Source: Adineta vaga (taxonomy: Eukaryota; Animalia; Rotifera). From it: DNA of 64,000 bases. The notes below the pieces were generated by a model, which worked only from the letters and a program-made list of their open reading frames with translations, did not search any database and was not told where the DNA came from. Made by a program: the position numbers and the translations under genes. The DNA lies in contig CP075493.1 of the NCBI GenBank assembly GCA_021613535.1, forward strand, positions 2,976,001 through 3,040,000, in the 5' to 3' direction. Of the stretch, positions 1 to 13,077 are shown in pieces (within the stretch, counting starts at the first letter, position 1; each line of letters opens with the position of its first letter).

Positions 1-95
1 TTCTCTCAACCTCCTTCCACTGAAACATCTGTCTTGTATCGTTTGATATCCATAAACATAATGTGTGATTAGACACAAGAATGGAATCGAAGTGT

Positions 96-118
96 GTATA
101 TATATATATATATATATA
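96..118. repeat. (TA)n microsatellite
   Basis: Run of tatata; similar shorter runs at about 1187-1203, 5170-5190, 19335-19349 and 59665-59682. Confidence 0.9.
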
Positions 119-1471
119 TTTATTGTTGAGAAAGAAAATGTGGCATATTGATGGGCAGATTGCATAAATAATTTTGACCTCGAAGAGAAACAGTATGACA
201 TCACGGTAAATCAAAAATCAATAAGAACGAGTGTTACCACTTGATTCCTCAAGACCAATTATTACTAGTAAATAATACTTACACCTGTGATTTGTTTTTC
301 TTCATAAAATTATGATACAAATGAGTTGGTTTCTTGTCTGTCTTTCTTTACAAACCAATTAGTTACATCAGTCTAGTTCTTCTTTGACATGCATATAATA
401 TATCTTTTTTTCTCTTGTTCTCTTCGCAAATATTAGATTTCATCTTTTTTGTATTCAATCGGCTTACATTCTTATGATTTTGCGTCATATTCTACTATGT
501 GAGAGTAATATTAAACGAGAATAAATGTCCATGCATTTTTTTGATCGCTATAACTGTTAAGCAGAAAGTAAAAAGATCGAGGAATGTGTACATATGTATT
601 CGAGATTCTGTGATGACAAATCGAGCTATGTGTGAGAGTACACAGAGACAGAGCATCAACATCAATAGCATGCATAAAAAAGGAACACTTATTGACACAT
701 ATTGACATGAGTAAAGGCGTCGATAGGCAGAAAAGAGGAGAAAATCTGAAGCAAAATACTTCCACAATCATGAATCGACATGGCTGTACATTTACTTTGC
801 TTTCTTCGTTCTCTCTTCTTTCTTCTCCTTCCTCTTGTTCTTATTTTTTGTACCATTTTTTTCATCTTTACTCTTTTTTTTCTCTTCTTTCAACGAATAA
901 CTGCGACGGTGATCATGGTGAGAAAGTCTGTATGGTTTTTTTTCCTTCTTCTTATGTACAAAAGAAGAGAGAAAACGAGAAAGAGAGAAAGAGAAGAGGA
1001 AGAAAAAAAGAGCTGAAATGTAATTAATGAAAAGAAGACAAAGGAGAAATAGTTAAAACAACTACTCGTCATCTACTCGTAACATACCTGTACAATTAGA
1101 CTAAGAATAAGATCGATTATATCCGTTGTCAATCCAATATACATCCATATATATTTATCTATCCGCTCATGACACTTCACTTGTAGATATATATATATAT
1201 ATAGACACAAGCGTTTCGTTTCTTTTTTCTCGTTTCGCTTTCATCGCTATCATTCCTACGATTCATTGAAAAAAAAGCTAGGCGACAATCGTCCAGGTAG
1301 TACGCATATACATATACACGTATATATATAACATATACACCGGACCATCATCATATTACGAAGATTCGGATGAGCGCTTGTCATCTATAATAATTGTGCG
1401 ATCAACCGTATTGACATAGGAAAAAACGGGAACAACTGTCGTATTTAATATCCATACTTTCAAACGAAAAA

Positions 1472-4400
1472 ATGACGGACATTAAAGATGTTGGTAAAAC
1501 AGAAGCTCATGCAGCTAGTACGTCTGAACATGCAGGAATCGATGAACTTGTTAATATTGTTAATATCCACATGAATCATGATACACCAACATCTTCTACC
1601 GTTAGTTCAACAACTGGTTCGTTACGTACGAATAGTCCACCATTAATGGGAACCTATGCACGTGCAGCTAAACGTCGCATGGATAGTGACTCTGGTGGAG
1701 TAACACGTATCGAAGGTACAGATACACAAAATCAACATCATTATCAAAATATTCGACAAATTTCAGATGATGGACAAAGCCAATCACAATCATCAAAAAC
1801 TGACATACCATTAGAATCTCGAGATTCATTTAGTGCCAAACGAGATTATTTCGAACAACGTTTTAAAACACCACCACCTACATACGATTCACCGCCGACA
1901 CGAAAACCATCGACACAAAAAATTATTACAACAATTACGACAACAACAACAACTGGCGTACCCGTACGATCAAATGTTCAAGATCGAACAAGTTCATCTT
2001 CGAATGAATCTCCGTCCGTAGATCGTGTTCTAGAACAAGCTGTTGAACTACAAAAAATGAGTAATGTTAATTCATCGAAACATGAATCACTACCACCGTT
2101 AGTTATCGAACGTACAGAAGAATATCAAGTTTTTTTAAATGCTGTTAATCACGAAATCCGTCGTACACCAAGTATTGCACGTACAACTATTGTACCTGCA
2201 ACTAAAATAGGTCATGCAACTGATCTTGATCAAGCACAAGCTCAAACTCAAGTCGATCATTTAACTGATGATCATGAAGCTATACAACAATTAACACGTG
2301 CACTTCAAGAACATAATATAACAACAATTAATGAATATAAACGTTTACCATCTGTAACGACTCCATCCACTCCATCTGCACTTCCACCTGTGATTCTGAT
2401 TGATCGAACTAATTTATCTACGGTATCCAATGAATTTTCTGTTATTGATGCTTTACTAAATAATCCACTTGGATCAATTGATGATCAGTATAATAGTTTA
2501 TTGAGTATACGTTATAATGATATTATGAATAATCTACATAATCCCGAATATTTAAATACAATTAAACAATCAACTGTAAAAACAGATAAAGAATCAAAAA
2601 AGAAGAAACCGAAAGAAAAGAAACCAAAAGAAAAAAAATCAAAGAAAAAACCTCCATCAACGGTTGATACAGTTGAACAAGTTGCTATTACACCTCGTAT
2701 GGAAAGTCTTAAATTACAACAAACTCAAACTACCGAACAAACTATTTCTCCGACGACAGTTTCATCTGAACAAACACCCCTAATCGATCCCAAAGAAAAG
2801 AAAAAACAAGATAAAGAAAATAAAAAACAAAGTAAAATTAAATCGAAACAAAAATCTAAAAGTAGCGATTACGAAGTTCTTGATGCTATTGTCGGAAGTC
2901 CAATATCTCTTCGTCTACCCGATTCTTATCTCTCCAAATATCATGTTCCTGCGCCATTATCTCAATCATCACTTCCTGCACCTATTTCACCATCAATACC
3001 ATCTGTAACAACAACAACAACAACAATAACAACGGCAGCAACAACAGGAAAGACTGATAATAGTTCTATTCCAGATAAAAATCAAACATTAAGTCATCTT
3101 GTGAAAATCGTCCATGAACTTCAATTACATAATGCAGCTGCTTTAGTGGCTTCACTTAATTCAACACCATCAAAAACGAATACAACACTAGAAACGAAAC
3201 AACCTGTAATTGCTAACAAAAGAACAGTACCTGCTATACATGAGAGTGTTGAACAACAGCCTCTATTAGAACAACAAAAAAGTCCCGTAATTCATCACAC
3301 TCAAACAGAAGTACGTCCACAATCAGAAGTAATCAAACCGCGTATCATTTATCGATATATCGATGAACATGGGCGTGTACTTAAAATCTCATCAACGCCA
3401 CCATCACAATTACGTATACAACCAGCGCAACAACAATATATATATCGTCATGAAGAGCCATCTCACGTTCATGACAGATACATTGCAATTGATGATGAAC
3501 GTCGTCATCCATTACCGACATATGAACAGCGTTCAGTATGGCAAGGTGAACCAAAATTACCAACTACTGTTACACGTGAAGATTTTGAATTACGAGATAA
3601 ACGTGTTCCACAATTAAGTGAACAATCAACTCCAACATCTCGAACAATTCCTGTTACTCTCGATCCTGATTATTCATCAAAATCTTCAACACAACAACAA
3701 CATCATCATCATCATCATCATCCTCATCCTCATCAGCATCCTCGAACATATCATTTTCCAAATCAACAAAATGTTAAACTAGCTTGGTTACCACTCTCAT
3801 ATCAAGGTGAACAATCCTATGCACCTAATGGTACAGTTGGTTATGATACTGATTCAACTATTAGTGAACGTTCAGCAACATATCGTCCATATGAATATGG
3901 ACCTGTTGACAGTCATTATTATCAGTCTCATCGACCATTACATAATGATTATCATTATAATCGTTCATCAGGTCACTCCTATTATCCAACTCCACCACCA
4001 ATGCCATATGGTGGTCGAGGTATATCACCTGAATATGGTGGTGCACCACGAAATTACATTGAAGTATTTCGTGGTGGTGATTTCCGTGAAACTAAACCAA
4101 GCGAAATCTATTCATTACCATTAAATGAACATATACGAACATCACCAATCACACCATCAACTAATCGTCATTCACGTTATGATCAATATCAATCAGAAAG
4201 ATATGGTTCAATATCAAACCGTAATAATGTATCATCTGATCAAACAAATTATTATACAAATACATTACCGAATTCACGTTATCAAACAAACGTTCCACCA
4301 ACAACTGTACATACATCATCCTATTATACACATCGTAGTCCATATCATAATCGTACAGTTCAAAGTAGTCCTAATCCTGATTATCCCAATTTTGTTCGTC

Positions 4401-4612
4401 AATCGAAATCGTTCGATTATCGTCCATTACGTACTAAACTTCAACGTGAATATAGAATTACTCCTAATCTTCTAGTTGATGAATGGGAATTTCCTCATAC
4501 AAATAGTTCGATGAAATATTCGACAACGACAGCATCCAATACCAATCGAAGTGGTGTTTCATCACCGGATGATGTTTTTATAACAAAACCAATGAATGAA
4601 ACATCACCATGA
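1472..4612 (+). CDS. 1046-aa single-exon low-complexity protein (S/T/P/Q/H/K-rich); either a nested gene or a giant alternative terminal exon of the SORBS/CAP gene
   Basis: 3.1-kb uninterrupted ORF in very AT-rich DNA. The frame stays open upstream to a possible acceptor (ttgacatag|g at 1419/1420). No recognisable globular domain. Confidence 0.8.
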   Translation: MTDIKDVGKTEAHAASTSEHAGIDELVNIVNIHMNHDTPTSSTVSSTTGSLRTNSPPLMGTYARAAKRRMDSDSGGVTRIEGTDTQNQHHYQNIRQISDDGQSQSQSSKTDIPLESRDSFSAKRDYFEQRFKTPPPTYDSPPTRKPSTQKIITTITTTTTTGVPVRSNVQDRTSSSSNESPSVDRVLEQAVELQKMSNVNSSKHESLPPLVIERTEEYQVFLNAVNHEIRRTPSIARTTIVPATKIGHATDLDQAQAQTQVDHLTDDHEAIQQLTRALQEHNITTINEYKRLPSVTTPSTPSALPPVILIDRTNLSTVSNEFSVIDALLNNPLGSIDDQYNSLLSIRYNDIMNNLHNPEYLNTIKQSTVKTDKESKKKKPKEKKPKEKKSKKKPPSTVDTVEQVAITPRMESLKLQQTQTTEQTISPTTVSSEQTPLIDPKEKKKQDKENKKQSKIKSKQKSKSSDYEVLDAIVGSPISLRLPDSYLSKYHVPAPLSQSSLPAPISPSIPSVTTTTTTITTAATTGKTDNSSIPDKNQTLSHLVKIVHELQLHNAAALVASLNSTPSKTNTTLETKQPVIANKRTVPAIHESVEQQPLLEQQKSPVIHHTQTEVRPQSEVIKPRIIYRYIDEHGRVLKISSTPPSQLRIQPAQQQYIYRHEEPSHVHDRYIAIDDERRHPLPTYEQRSVWQGEPKLPTTVTREDFELRDKRVPQLSEQSTPTSRTIPVTLDPDYSSKSSTQQQHHHHHHHPHPHQHPRTYHFPNQQNVKLAWLPLSYQGEQSYAPNGTVGYDTDSTISERSATYRPYEYGPVDSHYYQSHRPLHNDYHYNRSSGHSYYPTPPPMPYGGRGISPEYGGAPRNYIEVFRGGDFRETKPSEIYSLPLNEHIRTSPITPSTNRHSRYDQYQSERYGSISNRNNVSSDQTNYYTNTLPNSRYQTNVPPTTVHTSSYYTHRSPYHNRTVQSSPNPDYPNFVRQSKSFDYRPLRTKLQREYRITPNLLVDEWEFPHTNSSMKYSTTTASNTNRSGVSSPDDVFITKPMNETSP

Positions 4613-5455
4613 AATAAAGATACAACGAAAGCAGATGAAAGATGAATTATCAAAACACAAAAGAAAAGAAGACTATGTTCGTTCAATTAGCTATCTTTCT
4701 CTACTTATCGCTTGTATATGATTACATTGATATGTTTTTTTTTCTTTTGCGATATGTTCTTATCTAGATTTATCGATCGTTACCGATTATTTTTAAACAG
4801 AATAGAGAGCGAGAAACGATGCTTGTTTTATCGTAATATCCATAAAACCTTTGTTCATAGACATCACGTTATGGTTTACGCATATGTATATATATATATG
4901 TGTATACCTATCGAGTACATATATGAAAACGAAATATGTAGGCGACTGTCTCATTAGAAATAGATGCACATCTCCAAAAGAATGAACGAAACAAAACATC
5001 GACTATATAATATATGTATATATATATATTACGTTGCGTTTGATGAAGATGCTTATGTAATCTATCACTTGTCTTAATTCATATTGAATTCGTTAGTAGT
5101 GAATACTTCATAGTGAAGTAGATGAATATGCCAAAAAGTAAAGGTATATATTTTTCTTGAAAACTTATATAATCATACATATATATATATACATAGAATG
5201 AACAAATAAACATTCAGTCGTATATGTTAAGACAAAGAAAGCAAGGACATTAATGTCCATTAATTTGTATTCGAAGGAGTTCTGGATAAATAATTAGAAC
5301 ATATGTGTGTGTATATAGCATGAATTCTAATCAGATGAATGGTGTTCTAAGGTTTACTAATCGAATAGAAGAGGAAGAAGAAGAAGAAGGGGAAAAAAGA
5401 ATTCTCATTATGCATGAAATGAAAAATAAATATTTTCAATCTTTTCATCTTATAG

Positions 5456-6819
5456 AATTTCGATGGCATGTTGGTAAGTACATGTAGATAAAAGAGTAAT
5501 TAATATTTCGTCTGTCATATATAGAGCCAGCGATTGGCTTCGATAAAAATCGTTATAAATTTGTAAATAAGTCCTTCTCGTCATTATCAGATTTTCATGA
5601 ATTTCGTAAGTGTGTTGTCTATGTAAATATGAATCCTCGTGAAAGCATTCATTGCTTTCCTTCCGAAATCGAATTTTGATATAGATTCCTTCGGATGAAA
5701 TGTGGATTCGCCATCGAATTGTTAACGATATAAAATCTAAATAAATTCGTTTTGTTTTCTTTGAATAGAGAAATCTTTCGAACAAGTGAATGAATCAAAC
5801 AAACGAAATGATCATGATGTTTTAGAATCGTAAGTAAAACATGTCTAATTATCTGTTGATATAGAATTGTATATTATTTTTTTGTATAGTCGAGTAAATG
5901 AATCTCAACCAATTTATACTGCAGTTGCTTTATATAATTTTCAAGCTCAATCAAATAGGTTTGATGCGAATGAATTCTTCGAACTCATTAAATTATTTGT
6001 TTTTTTAAAGAGAATTATCATTCAAGAAAGGCGAAACTATTCTCGTTAAACGTCGTATCAATGATGATTGGCTTGAAGGTGAACATCATGGATTAACAGG
6101 TATATTTCCTCTTAATTACGTTGAATTATTTCCTTATGAATCCAATGAGCATGATAATGAGAATGGCAATGGTGAAGGTATTGTTAAATATGATTATAAT
6201 CCACAAACGTCACTTGAATTACATTTAAAGAAAGTATGTAGTTCATTTGAATATAAAATCAATTGAATTCAATGAGATTCTTTCTAAGGGTGAAAAAGTC
6301 ATTCTCTTACGTAAACTTGATCAGAATTGGTATGAAGGACGAGTTAATCATATTGAAGGAATATTTCCGGGAGATTATGTTGAAATAATAACTGAACCAA
6401 AAGGTATTTCTTTCAAGTGAATATAATGAGATTTTAATGAATAAATTATTTAGATGATTTATCGAAACCAATAGAAATTCCTACTAATGTTTCCAAGACA
6501 CCGAAAAGTGTTTTGAAAAATTCGACTGGATCAAAAACTGTTTCGGATTTTACTGTTCCCATGCAAAAGTAAATTGATCATTTTCGCTCTATGAAACTTC
6601 TTTTTTTATTTGTTCATTTATTTCTACAGATGTCAAGTACTTTACGATTATACTCCTCAAAATGTTGATGAACTTGAAATTCATGTTGGCGATATCATTA
6701 ATATTCTCGAGAAATGCGATGATGGATGGTTTTGTGGCATCATGGAAAATTGTGTTCATGGAAATAATATGAAATTTGGAACATTTCCAGGCAATTATGT
6801 TAAGATCTTACCTTCTTAG
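5456..6819 (+). CDS. 3' part of a SORBS/CAP/vinexin-family adaptor with three C-terminal SH3 domains (5' exons not identified, probably upstream of the window)
   Basis: Exons about 5456-5473, 5769-5829, 5890-5958, 6011-6233, 6289-6403, 6454-6568 and 6630-6819 splice in frame. They give ALYNFQAQSNRELSFKKGE..WLEGEHHGLTGIFPLNYV, VKYDYNPQTSLELHLKKGE..WYEG..GIFPGDYV and VLYDYTPQNVDELE..GWFCG..FGTFPGNYV. Confidence 0.85.
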
Positions 6820-7634
6820 AGAAAAACAAATCAATTCAATCGAACTTCTTTAACAGTGATCTTTTATGTGCTTGATCTTTTTATTTTTTTTCTTCTTCAT
6901 CTTTTGCTTCTTGCATTGACGGCAATATCTTTCCGTTTTGTTTTCTTTCTTTGTATATCTCTAGTCGATATCGAAAAATTTTAATCTATTATCAAAGTTT
7001 CGTCTTCTTCTGAACAATGAATTTCAAAAAAGATATGCAATTTCATTTAAACTGATCTAATTTCTTTACTCATTGAAAATAATCTTCTTTCATTATCACA
7101 CTAATTGAAAAAGAAAGATGAGAGGATTTCATTCAATTATCAAACAACAACTTGAACATATATATAGTCTATTTATTTTCTTAATGGGTACGCTTTTAAC
7201 ATCGTATCGATTAAGGATCTACTTACAATGTGCCTTGAACATCGCCTAAAAGAAAGCAAAGGTTATACTGAAAGAAAAGTAAATTTACTTATGATTAAAA
7301 TTTTGTTTTTTTAAAACTTCACGACGAAGTTTTTTTTCTCTCTCTTTCATTTACGTATGTAACTGTTTAACAAGAGCTTGAAGCAAAAAAAATCAAGTGA
7401 TTTTTTGTTCGTAATCTGCTCAGGTGCGAATGTTTTTACAATCAAATTGAATCACTAATCGACTGACTAAATATGAAAAATGAACTTACATGCACGAAGA
7501 CATTTTCATGGAATAATAATAATATTACTAAAAAAAGAAAAATTTTCTTGTTGTTTTTCTCTCTTTTTACGAGTGTCAATCATTGATGACTTTCAAAATT
7601 CATTTTCAAATAATTATACATTTTGATTGTAAAA

Positions 7635-8498
7635 ATGACTTCGATAACAAGTCCAATCATTCGTAAGACTATATCATTTTATTTGAGAAACAAATGAATG
7701 ATCGTGAAGATATATGTTTTAGGTACGAAATCATTGATTAATTTCAAACAATTTCATGCTAATACACAACTAAAATCGACATTGTCGAATGCACAATCAA
7801 TTCTACCGAACTATCCGTTACATTCAATTTTACAAAAACGACATTCAAAAAAACGTGTTCGATTTGAATTAAAATTAGAATCAGTTCAAGAAGAAAGTTC
7901 ATCTGTAGTAAATCAAGAAAATTCAGTTGTTCCTCCAACAAATCGAATTTCTAATACATGGCAAGATATTAAATTATTACAGAAAGCATATGTAAAAGCA
8001 CTAGAAAAACCGACTTTGCCAAAAACTGCACCATCAGGAAGCAAACGACCATCGAGACCTTCATTATCACCTGATTTCGATAATGAAAATTCATTCTGTT
8101 CACGATCATTTATTGTTGAAAATCGATCACCTCAAGTTGTTATTGATTTTTATGCTGTTACAACACCACCATTTTATTTACCAACCGTTCTTCATCGACA
8201 AGGGTTAACTTCGAAAAAACTTCAAAATTCTGATAGGAAACACTCATTAACATCTGTTGATTCTTCGCTCAAACAACGTATTCATTTAAGTACACCACCA
8301 CGATCAATTCCATCTCGAAAACCAACGAATTCTTTCAATGATAAAAAATTTTTCTCTCCAATTGTTAAACGAATTGATTTAACATTACCAACGATGAAAG
8401 ATTTACATCCAAATGAAAAACTTATTCGTATTGATAATTCTTCTCGATTAAAAATGATCAAAGAGCATTTACAATCGAAAAAAAACTTCCTAGGATAA
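7635..8498 (+). CDS. Hypothetical basic, S/P-rich protein (~268 aa, 2 exons) with a KKRVRF motif
   Basis: ATG 7635, intron gtaag 7663 to tttag 7722, then a long open exon to TAA 8498. Confidence 0.7.
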
Positions 8499-11400
8499 TA
8501 ATCTGTATTCTAGTTTTATACATATTAATTATATAGTAATCAAGAAAGATTTAATATCTTTCTTGTAATGAACAGATTATTTCATTTGATTGAACTTTTA
8601 TAAGAAGATCAATTTCTTATCTTTACCAGTGATTGTGTACATATATATATATGTTTTTTTCTTTAAATAAATTGAGTGTCCATTAGACCTCTCTTCATTC
8701 ATACCGGTCGAATAGAAAAGCTAATTTCTTTTAGTCAACGGCCCATTTTGTATGTGCAAAGCAATGAGAGGTGATCCTAATATAGATTACGCTATCGTTT
8801 ATTTAAAGGCAATTGAGATATATTACTACATATTATGACTAGTGAATCAGCTATGCGTTTATTTTCATTAAGATCATGTTCATACTAAACGCATTATTCA
8901 AAAGCATCCTTTGATTGGCTATTTCCATGCTCGATTAATATGACTAGTTTTAGACTTCAAATTCTATTATTAATTATTATCATCCCTATCTATCACGTAC
9001 TTATTCTTACGATCAATGTACTCACTTTGCCAATTCTTGATACATTACTCCACTATTTTCCTGGAGTTCAATATCTGGGTAAGAATCATTAGGTTTAACC
9101 CATCTATATATTCTGTATCTGTTATGTAAAGATGTGAATATGAGCAGCACAATTGAACTGATACGCTTACTGGTCTTAAGAAAACATTTCCTACACCTTT
9201 TCGGTTTAATGGACCTTTCGGTTGTAAACATGTATGCGTAGAGTTTCATCAAGTATATGGTTTTATACAAATGTACTCTCTTTCATATGTCTTTAATGAC
9301 ATTAATCTATTTCATTCAACTAATCTCCATCAACATACAATTCAATACCGGTGAAGGAAAAGAAAACAGACGAAATAATTTCTCTGCGGTACTTGAATCT
9401 TTCTGGTGTACAATGAGCGATCTATTGATAACCTTCATGGATGATGAAGAAGTTGCTTTATCATTTCTCGAAACTCTTCAATGTTCCCGTAGTTCTGATG
9501 AGTTCTAGAATATTTCTTATACATAAATTGTATATATTGTCGATACAAGGAAAACGTTTAGAGAAAAAAGTGAGGCCAATCCACGAACTTTCCACGATCA
9601 CTAATAATTTTCTTAAAGTCAAACAAAATGTTACATCAGTATAACAATCGTGTTGATTTTCGTCTGTAGACATGAAAGATCTGTTATTCGACTATATATA
9701 ATTCAAAACATTGTTTTCTCTCTATTGTAGAATCTCTTTGTTGATTTCGATTATTTTCGAATGTCAAATGTCTTGATATTGATTTACCACCAATCTCAAT
9801 AATCAATATATTGATTCTTTTCTTCAACGTATTGACCGTTTATACATTAACTGTTCGTACATTATCAACGCAAAAATTAATGAAGACATTATGGAACCAC
9901 TTCTTCACACTACTAAACATCAGCTTCATTGATTAGAACAAGAGAACCATATGGCACTATGGCTACAGCGAAAGCAAAAAAATTTCTATAAATGAATAGT
10001 TTTCATAAAATAAAATAGTTTGGTAATGATTGGCCGCAATTCCCACGTATTGCATACTTTCGAGTAATAATCACTCGCAAAGTCCTCATTTTCATTCTTC
10101 CGCTCGCTTCTTATTTTGATAGTCCCTATTACACCAAAATTAATTTTGCTTATGGCTTGAATGGGAAGGGAAATATTAGAAATTTTGTCTAATCGTACCC
10201 TGCTATTTATAAACAGAATTCAAGCTTCAATTAATTGAAATTTTCTATTTGAAAAGAAATTATATGTATTAAATAATTGGGAAAATTTAGAAATAGAAGA
10301 GTCACTTATATTTCTTTTTTGTTTTCATAACACTTGATGAAGGTATGATATTGATGTCTGAATTTTTAACGACCTAGTATTTTCCTTTCTTTTTTATTTG
10401 TTCTACACCTCGAATGTTTTTGATGAAGAAAATGACTGAGTTTTTATTTTCTAATGCATTATCAATCTTATAAATAAATGTAACCAGCGCCACCGGACCC
10501 AATAGCCACGAAGTCAAGGCTAAACCAACAGTTCTTCCAAAAAGAAACATTCTGTTGACGATTTTTATAGGTGTCTGGTGGTTAATATACACTCGGAACA
10601 TTTATAAATAAAGGTATGCATGTGTTTTTTGTTCTATTCGAATTACTCCGGTCTTTATATAGTCTGTACGTTGTGATGGAAACTTGATTCTAACAGAGTT
10701 ATATTTAATTGAGTAATAACATAATTTAAATGAACAATAATGAAATTTTACAATAAATATTTTGAATGGGCTGTAATTATGTTGAGTGAACAATAATTAT
10801 ATGGAATCAGTCGTAATTTTGTTACATTAAAGGTAAATTCGAAATTAAAAAAAGGCACAATCGATTCATTTTCCTATAGTACATTCCAAAAATATGCTCA
10901 GAGAGAGATAGAAAGACTTATGATATGCTATACATATGTCTATTTGTTATTTTTTTGTTACTACCAACAGATACTTACATATATCCATATGCTTAAGATG
11001 AATAGAACTGAGACGATTGAAATAAATTTCATATTTATCCATCACATTAACATATTTCTTTACTTTACTTGATAAAAAGATTAATATAAGCTTTTAAGGT
11101 ATATCTATAGTCACTTCGATAAAATGAATAGAATATTACGCATATTTCACAAGTAAAATGAACGAAAAGATAGTTTCTTCATAAAATCATTACGAACTGT
11201 TTTTTCACATGTACATCATAAGAATACTAATCCTTTTGAACGATGGAGTATCTGCTCAGCAGATTCAATAGAAACATGACGAGAGCTTGTTAAAAATTAA
11301 ATTTCATCACTTTCTTTGATTTCTTAATGCAATACTTTTATCTGGAAGAAAAGGCGAGCGAACCATCAGGAAACTAGTTTATATCTTCTATTTCTTCTCG

Positions 11401-13077
11401 ACCAGTACATTACACTGTATTAGGTGCCGTCAACGGCAGTATTCTTCCTCTCTTTCGTTCTGCTTATGTTTTTTTTTTGTAGATTTAATTAAAAGAGAAC
11501 ATTTGACAGGCGACAGTAGGGAAGTAGTAAAAAGAAAGAGAACAGAAAGGAAGAGAAATGTTCAAGACAAGCCAAATAGAGTAGATAAGAAAAACTTTAG
11601 ACTCAAATGAAAGCGGAAAAAAAACCCAGCTTTTTTACTATTTGAATTTTTTTTATTTCTATCAATCCGTCTGATTTTCTAGTAAACATCCGTACACCTC
11701 TCATCAATTGTAGAATATTTCAAAAAATTACTTTCTGTCGTTTAGTTGTAACATCAAAGTTAATTGAGAATTTCTCGTTATACAGGTTTTTTTTGTATTT
11801 TAATAGTTGATTTCCTGTTTTTCTCTATCGAATCCTTGAAGTAAACTAATGTATATCATAAGTTTGTGATTTTTCGATACTCAACATCGAAAACAAATAT
11901 ACGTTAAAAAGAGAAACGAAAAAAAAAAGTCAACTCCGTCGTTTCTTCTATAGTAGGATTTATAATTTCTGTCAATCTTTTAAAGAGTATATTTGCGTTA
12001 TTTTTATATGTATATATAATATCTTTCTTTTGATTCAAAATCATGTTTTGTAATGAAAGAGTCCTCTACTAAACAGTTTCACACGTCCTATATCAAGGAC
12101 ATCGTAACATACTACAGCTGTCGTATGTTCGTTAAGATTTAATATATTCATTTTCCTCAAACAATATCTTACGTCTTTGTTTTTCTTTTCGAAAAAGAAG
12201 AAATATATTTATATATAGTACATTTTTTTTAACACAGTTTATCCTAAAATTTCATGAATCTGTCATATCGTTCTTCTGTATTGGTTTCTCGATTTTTATT
12301 TCCCATTTATCTATTTATACGCATTTTTTTTCTTCTTCTTATTCTTCTTCTTCGAGTTCTGTCGTTGATAGCGTCTCCGAATACGTGCAACTCATTATCG
12401 AAGTAATATAACGAGTTACCGTAATACGTGCGTTGTTCAACGTTTTTTCTTCTTTCTATTCTCTGAAGACGGTTGAACTTTAGAGAAACATCCTCGTCAG
12501 TTCTTACATAAATAGAGGAGCACTATTGCTATAAAGTATATATTATAATCTTTTGTATGACGATTCTTTTAGTTAGAATTTTTTTCTCTTTCTCTTCTTT
12601 ACTTTTTTTTTACTTTTACTCTTTGTCGTTTTTGAATATGATGTTAAAGAACGATAGTACATAAAAGAAGCGTAAGAACGAGCAAGAGAAATTTAATGCG
12701 GATGTATGCTTCTGTTATAGTCTTTGATAGTGGGGAGAAACTACTAGCGCCAGCAACTTGCTGTAGCGACGATTTTAGAGAGAGAAAAAAGGTGAGCCGA
12801 CCGTTGTTAACACCGATAATGAAACAGGAAAGAAAAGAAGAAAAAAAATCTAAATTTCTGTTCTACAACTATTAGTCATATTGTCAAATATGGAACTATT
12901 AACACATAAGATATAAAATGATTCAGTGAAACTCTATTCGAATCAAAATCTATTCACTGATCGGATTTCTGTTTTTCTTCCGTGTTTCTTTTTCTCTACG
13001 CTTAATTTCAGTTTCAGATTCTGTGCAATTGTCATTCTTAATCTTCGACAAGAGCAATATTTATTGTCGCCTCTCAA

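Noticed and set aside
495-1072. Several short overlapping ORFs
   Set aside because: Low-complexity purine/pyrimidine tracts giving F/S/L- or K/R/E-rich translations; no domain or consistent splice structure.
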